NCBI GenBank assembly: GCA_009914755.4
Contig: CP068257.2
Span: 64,001 to 128,000, forward strand
DNA length: 64,000 nt
Source of the DNA: the human T2T-CHM13v2.0 reference genome, Homo sapiens
Reading direction: 5' to 3'
The notes beneath the pieces were generated by a model, which did not search any database, was not told the origin of the DNA, and worked only from the letters and a program-made list of their open reading frames with translations. The position numbers and the translations under genes are program-made. Within the stretch, counting starts at the first letter, position 1. Every line of letters starts with the position of its first letter. Of the stretch, positions 20,053 through 29,459 are shown in pieces.

Positions 20053-20336
20053 ACATTCAAATTTAATTCGCAATTCATTGTAGAACGTCTTATCACTCCC
20101 GGCCAGAGAAAAACCCTGTAGACATTAGTCACTCCTCATTCTGTCTCAAACCCTCTCCCTGACCCTCAGCCCTAGGTAGCAACTACCTAGTGCGATCAAT
20201 CCCATATGCATAGATTACCATATTGTGGACATTTCCTATAAGCGGAATTGCACAATAGGTGAGCTGTTATGACTGACATAACACGTAGCACAATATTTTC
20301 AAGATTCGTCCACATTGTAGGCTTACCCACAGGGGG
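20029..20336 (-). mobile_element. Antisense L1-like segment (after copy 3)
   Basis: Repeat of 7364-7671 at the same offset from the stop codon. Confidence 0.5.
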
Positions 20337-20371
20337 AAACCATTTTTTTGGGGGCTTTTAGTAACACCGGT

Positions 20372-20479
20372 GTTTTTTCCTTCCTTACGTCCTTCTTTCC
20401 TTCCTTCCTTCCTTCCTTCCTTCCTTCCTTCCTTCCTGACTTCCTTCCTGACTTCCTTCTTTCCTTCCCTCCTTCCTCC
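20372..20479. repeat. (TTCC)n microsatellite
   Basis: Direct reading; same length as 14043-14150. Confidence 0.95.
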
Positions 20480-21220
20480 TATTTCTCTCTTACTCCTTCT
20501 GCCCTCTCTCTTTCCTATGCCTTAGGTGCATCCCACATTCTGCGTTTTTTTGGGGAAATCCTCGACAGGTGCAGGAAAATTGTGTTATTGTAACAATTTA
20601 CCGTTATCTCTCTTTCACGGCTCTCCATCAGTTGTGAACATCTATTGGTTTATCCCAAGTCACTAAGCATATTTTCATTAGGTAAACCTGTTTTTCCTTC
20701 TACAGCTGTTTCTGGAGTATAGGGTCGCATACTCATAAACCCAGTGTAACTCAGAAACGCATCTAATATTCCAGTAAACCCATCATAACGTTGAAAAATC
20801 GTAAATCAAACCATCATAAGTCACGGTTTGTCCGTGGATATGGGCGTCATCAATTCCATTGTATTCAGTAATGCTGTACACCATTAACAATGGCAGACTG
20901 ATTGGGAGTGGATATTGATAGCATTATAAAAGTCAGTTATTAGAGGGATACTTCTTTAACCTGACTGAAGAACTGATCTAATGGCTTTAGTACAGTGCAT
21001 GATTATGTGCGATGTTTTGAGACAGAGTAGTACATTTGTGAATGAAATTTTATGGCTTTTTTTTCACTTAGTAGGAACCATTGTGTGTGGAAAAGTGAGA
21101 AAATGGCTTTCTGCTGTAGGGTCTGGCATTCATTGTAGATGTAAGCTTATTTTTCTGTGAGCAAATCTTATTCAATAAAATACTACTCTTTATACTAAAA
21201 AACAAAAACAGTGGTGATGT

Positions 21221-21553
21221 GTGGTCATTACCCTCAGCAAACTTATCCAGGGAAAAGAAAACCAAACGCCACAACTCACTTATAATGGGAGCTGAAAAAT
21301 GAGATCCCATGGACACAGGAAGGGGAACAACACACACTGGGGCCTTCCGGGAGACAGAGCGTTAAGAAAAACAGCTACTGCATGCTGGGCCTAATACCTA
21401 GGTGATGGGTTGACAGGTGCAGCAAACCACCATGGCACACGTTAACCTTAGTAACAAATCTGCACATCCTGCACATGTACCCCAGAACTTAGGAACGAAA
21501 CGAAACAAAAGACAACGAAAAAGCAACAGCAAAACGCTAAAGGCAAAATAAAG
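21221..21553 (+). mobile_element. Same truncated L1 3' end (unit 4)
   Basis: Copy at +6329. Confidence 0.85.
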
Positions 21554-22712
21554 TTTCAAACTGAGAAAGTGACAGACCAACGTCTGGTTCAAATCATGGT
21601 TCTCAACCCAGGTGCCATAAGGTCAGGATAAAGGATGTGATTACATATTGTCAATAAGACATGCAGCAAATGACCAGAATGATTATTCTCAACATATGTG
21701 TGTCTTCTAATTCAATGGTGACGCTGTCTACCGGGACATAGCATTAGATTCCAAAGGGCCGAGTCCCGCCAGACAGGCCTCCCACACTAATAACAATGGG
21801 AAGCCCTACGTTGCTTTACCTGTGCTTCTCAGCCACTGGCTATAAATCAGGTTGCCACCACTCCCAGATTTAGTTGCATTCATTAGCTGGAAGAGCTCAC
21901 AGCACGCAGGGAAACACTTACATTTGCCGTTGTATTTTAGCGGACATTGCACAAAGTTCAGAAATAAATGTGGGGCCCGGCATGTGGGGAGGGGGGCACT
22001 ACCTTCCAGGAAGTGTTATCCAGAAGCTCTCTGAACCCAGTCCTTTTGGGTTTTGATGGAGACCTCATTCTATAGGCATGATGGGTTAAACCATAGGCTA
22101 TTGGTGATCAACTCCACCTGGGGCTCTCCACCCTCCCTGGAAATTGGGGTTGAGGCTTTGCCATTCTCAGTCTGACTAAAAGAATTTACCCAAACGGAAT
22201 TTTAAAACAGATGAGCATAACTGGAATCTTAATTAGATGATTGGATTATCTGGAGCCACACCTTGATATTCCTAACCCGAGCACCCTCATCCAACGAATG
22301 CTCCACCCAACTGGCTCCCAAGTCTCTACGTGGTTCCAGAGCAAAAGGATGTTGATACAACGCATATCTCCACCTTTTCTTCCAAGTCTTTTCGCTTACA
22401 CGGAAAGACTTCTTCAACTGCCATGCATCAGGGTCAGGGGGAGGTCTTGTTACAACACAGATCTGCGGATCTCCGGCGTTTGACAGTGGCAAGGATGCTG
22501 CTGGTGTCAAAACCACAACGTGGGAACCACAGAACCACTAGTGGGTTTTCAGTGTTTCAGTGCATACAATTCCTAATATTTCTGGCCAAGAAAACTTGTA
22601 AGTTCTTAGATTGTCCCAAAGGTGGCGCATGAAATCAAAGCAGGAGAACAGTTTCCTACGAGGTGTAGCCTGGGAAAGTTGGGGGTGACTGATGGAAAGG
22701 AGGAGTGAAGCT

Positions 22713-22781
22713 CCGCCCTTTCCGCTGCTAGGCTGCGCCCGAGGCTATTTAAACCCACCCTGGCTGGCCTGTACTCAGATC
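22713..22781 (+). promoter_or_regulatory. Predicted core promoter of copy 4
   Basis: TATTTAAA 22746-22753; Inr A at 22777. Confidence 0.55.
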
Positions 22782-22900
22782 TTCGCGGAGCGGATCAGCG
22801 GCAGGAGCGTTTGGCGGACTCTGCGTGGACTTGGAGCTCACAGCGTCTTGCGACTTGGAAGCGGGTTCAGAGGACAGGACAGAACACTTGGGCAAGTGAA

Positions 22901-22902
22901 TC

Positions 22903-22941
<39 letters not shown>

Positions 22942-23065
22942 CATTGGTTGGTTGATTTCCATTTTCTTAAGGAGCACATACCTCACACCGCACACACACA
23001 AACACACACACGCACACACACACGCACACGCACACGCACACACACGCACACACGCACACGCACAC
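22901..23065. repeat. Leader compound microsatellite, copy 4
   Basis: Direct reading. Confidence 0.95.
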
Positions 23066-23126
23066 TCCTTCCTTCTGCGAGTTAGAACATTAGTAGGGGC
23101 CCCTGGGAGCTGCAGGTTTCCTAATC

Positions 23127-26108
23127 ATGTCTGCACCTAAGAACAGTAGGGTCTTGTCTGGCTCTTCTTATGAACGGTCCCCCAGCCCGGACTCCCCAAG
23201 GTCCATGCGAACCTCACCCAGCTTCCCCCTCTCCCCTCTCAGAAACTCAGGCTTAAGGGGAAGCTCCTCACCAGGGATCCGGAGCTACCATTCACCATCC
23301 CCTAGGGCTTCACCACACTCACCTCTGTCATCACCAGAATCCCACAAGCTCCCATTTCCCTGTCCTCACCGTGATGGGCAATCAACGAAGCCATTGGGCT
23401 CTCCCGTGTCCTCCTCTGAGGATTCCTCAGAGTCCCCACGTTCATCAATAATATACCACATGTTCTTACTGCCATCACCCAGCAGCTCACCCCCAGCTCT
23501 CGGGGGGTCTCCTGTGTCTCCCAGCTACTCTCCAAACAACCCCAGATTTCAGCTGCGGTCAGCCCCCCACACCCAGGAATCACCTACAAACTCACGAGCC
23601 TCACTTTGCTCCACCCCCGTGTCTTTCATCTCTTCACCCCCAGGCCTCAGGGACTCTCCTGTGGCTCCCAGTTACTCTCCAGCCATCCCCAGGTTCCTGC
23701 GGGAGTCAGCCCCATGCGCCCAGGAGTCCCCCAGAGACTCACAGGTCTCGGGAGATTATGAGCGGTCCCCCAGCCCTGACTCCCCAAGATTCATGCCTGC
23801 CTCACCCAGCTTCTCCCTCTCCCCTCCCAGAAACTCAGACCCAAGGGGCAGCTCCTCACCAGGGGTGTGGAAGTGCTCTACATCATCCCGCAGGGCTTCA
23901 CCACTCTCACATCCGTCATCAACAGAATTCCACAACTTTACGTTTCCCTTTCCTAACCAAGCAGAACAGTCACTCATGTCATTGTGTTCTCCCGTGACCT
24001 CCTCTGGAGATTCTTCACAGTCACCTCATTCATCAATAATATACCATATGTTCTTACTGCCATCATCCAGCAGCTCACCCCCAGCCACCCATGACTCTCC
24101 TGTCTGTCCCAGATACTCTCCAACTACGCCCAGATTTCAGCGGGAGTCTGTACCCCACACCCCAGAAACACCTACAAACTCACAGACCTCAGTGAGATCC
24201 TCGCCAGTCTCTCTGACGTCTTCACCCACAGCCCTTACGGACCCTCCAGTCTGTCCCAGCTACTCTCCAACCACGCCCACATTTCAGCGCGGGTCAGTTC
24301 CAGGAACCCAGGGATCACCACCAAGCCCACCGCTTTCACTGAGTTACTCCCCAGTCTCTAGCACGTCTTTATCTCCAACCCTCAGGGACTCGCCTGTCTG
24401 TCCCAGCTACTCTCCAAACACGCCCACACTTCAGCGGGAGTCCGTTGCAGGCACCCAGAAGTCACCACCAAACTCACCAATTTCACTGCGTTACTCCCCA
24501 GTCTCTCTCATGTCTTCACCATCCCTCAGGGACTCTCCCGTCTGTCCCAGCTACTCTCCAACCACGCCCACATTTCAGCTGGAGTCAGTTCCAGGCACCC
24601 CGGAATCACCACCAAACTCACCAATTTCACTCAGTTACTCCTCAGTCTCTAGCACGTCTTTATCTCCAACCCTCAGGGACTCTCCTGTGTGTCCCAGCTA
24701 CTCTCCAACCACGCCCACACTTCAGCGGGAGTCAGTTCCAGGCACCCAGGAATCACCACCAAACTCACCAATTTCACTCAATTACTCTCCAGTCTCTCTC
24801 GTGTCTTCACCAGCCCTCAGGGACTCTCCTGTCTGTCCCAGTTACTCTCCAACCACGCCCACATTTCAGCTGGAGTCAGTTCCAGGCACCCCGGAGTCAC
24901 CACCAAACTCACCAGTTTCACTCAGTTACTCCCCGGTCTCTCTCATGTCTTCACCCCCAGCCCTCAGGGACTCTCCTGTGTGTCCCAGCTACTCTCCAAC
25001 CATGCCCAGATTTCAGCGGGAGTCTGTTCCAGGCACCCATGTATCACCACCAAACTCAGCAGTTTCACTGAGTTACTCCCCAGTCTCTCTCATGTCTTCA
25101 CCCCCACACCCCTGGGACTCTCCTGTCTGTCCCAGCTACTCTCCCACCACGCCCAGATTTCAGCGGGAGTCAGCCTCCCACACTCCGGAATCAGATACAG
25201 ACTCACAGACTTCACTGAGCTCCTCCCTGGTCTCTCTCAGGTCTTTGCCCTCATCCCACAGGGACTCTTGTGTCTCTTTCAGCTACTCTCAAAACTTCTC
25301 TAGATTCCAGCTGGAGTCAGTTCCAGGCACCCACGATACACCACCGAACTCACGAATTTCACTGACTTACTCCCCTGTCTCCCTCATGTTCTCACCCCCA
25401 GCCCTCAGGGACTCTTCTGTCTCTCTCAGCTACTCTCCAACCATCTCCAGATTTCACCTGGAGTCAGCTTCCCACACCCTGGAATCACCTGCAAACTCAC
25501 GGACCTTACTGCAACCATCCCCCATTTCTTTCACCTCTTCACCCCCTGCCTTCAGGGACTCTCCTGGGTCTCCCAGCTTCTCTCCAGCCTTCCCCAGATT
25601 TCTGCCACAGCCAGCCCCAGGCACCCAGGACAACCCTAGACACTCACAGGCCTCACCAGACTATCTCCCTATGACCTGTACCTATACAGGGATGGCTCCC
25701 ACGCATCCCTCAGTGACCCCAAACCCATCTCCACTTACACTCAGGCACTCCCAGGGCCTGACAGCTACTCCCCGTTATTGTCCTTCAGTTCGAAGCCCTG
25801 GCCAATCTACTAGCCCACATGACGCAGTTACCTGGCCATTTCTCCACGGTTCCCGGGAGGGCCCCACACCCAGCCGCACAAGAGCCCCTCCTGCATTCCG
25901 TCCTCACACGCAGGCCTGTCCATCTACTTGCTACTGTCACACTCTTGCCAGCAGAAGAGGCCCCTGTAATGGCCGATATCACCACCCAGTCTATCCTCAC
26001 CCCACAGCTGTGCAGCGGGAAGCCCCTGCTGGCCCACGTGGCTGCCACAGCCCATGCTGGCACGACGCTCCAGCAGGTCGGCGTCCCTGCGGGCCAAACT
26101 ACCGGTGA
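23127..26108 (+). CDS. Ser/Pro-rich tandem-repeat protein, 993 aa (type A, copy 4)
   Basis: Intact ORF, identical protein to copies 2 and 3. Confidence 0.6.
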   Translation: MSAPKNSRVLSGSSYERSPSPDSPRSMRTSPSFPLSPLRNSGLRGSSSPGIRSYHSPSPRASPHSPLSSPESHKLPFPCPHRDGQSTKPLGSPVSSSEDSSESPRSSIIYHMFLLPSPSSSPPALGGSPVSPSYSPNNPRFQLRSAPHTQESPTNSRASLCSTPVSFISSPPGLRDSPVAPSYSPAIPRFLRESAPCAQESPRDSQVSGDYERSPSPDSPRFMPASPSFSLSPPRNSDPRGSSSPGVWKCSTSSRRASPLSHPSSTEFHNFTFPFPNQAEQSLMSLCSPVTSSGDSSQSPHSSIIYHMFLLPSSSSSPPATHDSPVCPRYSPTTPRFQRESVPHTPETPTNSQTSVRSSPVSLTSSPTALTDPPVCPSYSPTTPTFQRGSVPGTQGSPPSPPLSLSYSPVSSTSLSPTLRDSPVCPSYSPNTPTLQRESVAGTQKSPPNSPISLRYSPVSLMSSPSLRDSPVCPSYSPTTPTFQLESVPGTPESPPNSPISLSYSSVSSTSLSPTLRDSPVCPSYSPTTPTLQRESVPGTQESPPNSPISLNYSPVSLVSSPALRDSPVCPSYSPTTPTFQLESVPGTPESPPNSPVSLSYSPVSLMSSPPALRDSPVCPSYSPTMPRFQRESVPGTHVSPPNSAVSLSYSPVSLMSSPPHPWDSPVCPSYSPTTPRFQRESASHTPESDTDSQTSLSSSLVSLRSLPSSHRDSCVSFSYSQNFSRFQLESVPGTHDTPPNSRISLTYSPVSLMFSPPALRDSSVSLSYSPTISRFHLESASHTLESPANSRTLLQPSPISFTSSPPAFRDSPGSPSFSPAFPRFLPQPAPGTQDNPRHSQASPDYLPMTCTYTGMAPTHPSVTPNPSPLTLRHSQGLTATPRYCPSVRSPGQSTSPHDAVTWPFLHGSREGPTPSRTRAPPAFRPHTQACPSTCYCHTLASRRGPCNGRYHHPVYPHPTAVQREAPAGPRGCHSPCWHDAPAGRRPCGPNYR
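24093..25664 (+). repeat. 144-bp coding minisatellite (copy 4)
   Basis: Same offsets from the ATG. Confidence 0.9.
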
Positions 26109-26334
26109 CATGTCTAGCGTGACCCTCCTTCCTGGCAGTGACACTGTTGATGTGAACCCCAATTTCACATCTGTCATTTGTAAATAGGACCATTTTCCCT
26201 TTTCGCTCTCCCTTCCATTCACAGGGCTTTTCATTCTCTCTGTTACTGCCTCCGTTTCAGATATTTACTCACCTTTTTCTCTCTCACTATGTCTGCCGTG
26301 GGCTCCATGAGAGTGCGCCACATAAGATTCCCCC

Positions 26335-26381
26335 ATTAAAAGTCATGAATTGAGTGGCTTTTAGTATACCTGTGGTTGTGT
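26335..26381 (+). terminator. Predicted poly(A) signal of copy 4
   Basis: ATTAAA 26335-26340. Confidence 0.5.
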
Positions 26382-26665
26382 ACATTCAAATTTAATTCGC
26401 AATTCATTGTAGAACGTCTTATCACTCCCGGCCAGAGAAAAACCCTGTAGACATTAGTCACTCCTCATTCTGTCTCAAACCCTCTCCCTGACCCTCAGCC
26501 CTAGGTAGCAACTACCTAGTGCGATCAATCCCATATGCATAGATTACCATATTGTGGACATTTCCTATAAGCGGAATTGCACAATAGGTGAGCTGTTATG
26601 ACTGACATAACACGTAGCACAATATTTTCAAGATTCGTCCACATTGTAGGCTTACCCACAGGGGG
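26358..26665 (-). mobile_element. Antisense L1-like segment (after copy 4)
   Basis: Repeat of 7364-7671 at the same offset from the stop codon. Confidence 0.5.
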
Positions 26666-26700
26666 AAACCATTTTTTTGGGGGCTTTTAGTAACACCGGT

Positions 26701-26812
26701 GTTTTTTCCTTCCTTACGTCCTTCTTTCCTTCCTTCCTTCCTTCCTTCCTTCCTTCCTTCCTTCCTTCCTGACTTCCTTCCTGACTTCCTTCTTTCCTTC
26801 CCTCCTTCCTCC
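26701..26812. repeat. (TTCC)n microsatellite, one TTCC longer than the preceding unit
   Basis: Direct reading. This accounts for the 6333 vs 6329 bp period. Confidence 0.95.
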
Positions 26813-27553
26813 TATTTCTCTCTTACTCCTTCTGCCCTCTCTCTTTCCTATGCCTTAGGTGCATCCCACATTCTGCGTTTTTTTGGGGAAATCCTCGACA
26901 GGTGCAGGAAAATTGTGTTATTGTAACAATTTACCGTTATCTCTCTTTCACGGCTCTCCATCAGTTGTGAACATCTATTGGTTTATCCCAAGTCACTAAG
27001 CATATTTTCATTAGGTAAACCTGTTTTTCCTTCTACAGCTGTTTCTGGAGTATAGGGTCGCATACTCATAAACCCAGTGTAACTCAGAAACGCATCTAAT
27101 ATTCCAGTAAACCCATCATAACGTTGAAAAATCGTAAATCAAACCATCATAAGTCACGGTTTGTCCGTGGATATGGGCGTCATCAATTCCATTGTATTCA
27201 GTAATGCTGTACACCATTAACAATGGCAGACTGATTGGGAGTGGATATTGATAGCATTATAAAAGTCAGTTATTAGAGGGATACTTCTTTAACCTGACTG
27301 AAGAACTGATCTAATGGCTTTAGTACAGTGCATGATTATGTGCGATGTTTTGAGACAGAGTAGTACATTTGTGAATGAAATTTTATGGCTTTTTTTTCAC
27401 TTAGTAGGAACCATTGTGTGTGGAAAAGTGAGAAAATGGCTTTCTGCTGTAGGGTCTGGCATTCATTGTAGATGTAAGCTTATTTTTCTGTGAGCAAATC
27501 TTATTCAATAAAATACTACTCTTTATACTAAAAAACAAAAACAGTGGTGATGT

Positions 27554-27886
27554 GTGGTCATTACCCTCAGCAAACTTATCCAGGGAAAAGAAAACCAAAC
27601 GCCACAACTCACTTATAATGGGAGCTGAAAAATGAGATCCCATGGACACAGGAAGGGGAACAACACACACTGGGGCCTTCCGGGAGACAGAGCGTTAAGA
27701 AAAACAGCTACTGCATGCTGGGCCTAATACCTAGGTGATGGGTTGACAGGTGCAGCAAACCACCATGGCACACGTTAACCTTAGTAACAAATCTGCACAT
27801 CCTGCACATGTACCCCAGAACTTAGGAACGAAACGAAACAAAAGACAACGAAAAAGCAACAGCAAAACGCTAAAGGCAAAATAAAG
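27554..27886 (+). mobile_element. Same truncated L1 3' end (unit 5)
   Basis: Copy at +6333. Confidence 0.85.
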
Positions 27887-29045
27887 TTTCAAACTGAGAA
27901 AGTGACAGACCAACGTCTGGTTCAAATCATGGTTCTCAACCCAGGTGCCATAAGGTCAGGATAAAGGATGTGATTACATATTGTCAATAAGACATGCAGC
28001 AAATGACCAGAATGATTATTCTCAACATATGTGTGTCTTCTAATTCAATGGTGACGCTGTCTACCGGGACATAGCATTAGATTCCAAAGGGCCGAGTCCC
28101 GCCAGACAGGCCTCCCACACTAATAACAATGGGAAGCCCTACGTTGCTTTACCTGTGCTTCTCAGCCACTGGCTATAAATCAGGTTGCCACCACTCCCAG
28201 ATTTAGTTGCATTCATTAGCTGGAAGAGCTCACAGCACGCAGGGAAACACTTACATTTGCCGTTGTATTTTAGCGGACATTGCACAAAGTTCAGAAATAA
28301 ATGTGGGGCCCGGCATGTGGGGAGGGGGGCACTACCTTCCAGGAAGTGTTATCCAGAAGCTCTCTGAACCCAGTCCTTTTGGGTTTTGATGGAGACCTCA
28401 TTCTATAGGCATGATGGGTTAAACCATAGGCTATTGGTGATCAACTCCACCTGGGGCTCTCCACCCTCCCTGGAAATTGGGGTTGAGGCTTTGCCATTCT
28501 CAGTCTGACTAAAAGAATTTACCCAAACGGAATTTTAAAACAGATGAGCATAACTGGAATCTTAATTAGATGATTGGATTATCTGGAGCCACACCTTGAT
28601 ATTCCTAACCCGAGCACCCTCATCCAACGAATGCTCCACCCAACTGGCTCCCAAGTCTCTACGTGGTTCCAGAGCAAAAGGATGTTGATACAACGCATAT
28701 CTCCACCTTTTCTTCCAAGTCTTTTCGCTTACACGGAAAGACTTCTTCAACTGCCATGCATCAGGGTCAGGGGGAGGTCTTGTTACAACACAGATCTGCG
28801 GATCTCCGGCGTTTGACAGTGGCAAGGATGCTGCTGGTGTCAAAACCACAACGTGGGAACCACAGAACCACTAGTGGGTTTTCAGTGTTTCAGTGCATAC
28901 AATTCCTAATATTTCTGGCCAAGAAAACTTGTAAGTTCTTAGATTGTCCCAAAGGTGGCGCATGAAATCAAAGCAGGAGAACAGTTTCCTACGAGGTGTA
29001 GCCTGGGAAAGTTGGGGGTGACTGATGGAAAGGAGGAGTGAAGCT

Positions 29046-29114
29046 CCGCCCTTTCCGCTGCTAGGCTGCGCCCGAGGCTATTTAAACCCACCCTGGCTGG
29101 CCTGTACTCAGATC
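29046..29114 (+). promoter_or_regulatory. Predicted core promoter of copy 5
   Basis: TATTTAAA 29079-29086; Inr A at 29110. Confidence 0.55.
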
Positions 29115-29233
29115 TTCGCGGAGCGGATCAGCGGCAGGAGCGTTTGGCGGACTCTGCGTGGACTTGGAGCTCACAGCGTCTTGCGACTTGGAAGCGGGTT
29201 CAGAGGACAGGACAGAACACTTGGGCAAGTGAA

Positions 29234-29235
29234 TC

Positions 29236-29274
<39 letters not shown>

Positions 29275-29398
29275 CATTGGTTGGTTGATTTCCATTTTCT
29301 TAAGGAGCACATACCTCACACCGCACACACACAAACACACACACGCACACACACACGCACACGCACACGCACACACACGCACACACGCACACGCACAC
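29234..29398. repeat. Leader compound microsatellite, copy 5
   Basis: Direct reading. Confidence 0.95.
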
Positions 29399-29459
29399 TC
29401 CTTCCTTCTGCGAGTTAGAACATTAGTAGGGGCCCCTGGGAGCTGCAGGTTTCCTAATC

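Noticed and set aside
16798-26108. Concern that the apparently identical consecutive units (3 and 4) are an assembly artefact
   Set aside because: This cannot be evaluated from sequence alone. Small unit-specific differences in neighbouring units (TTCC count, point variants) argue for real distinct copies. It is flagged as a check under the array finding rather than asserted.
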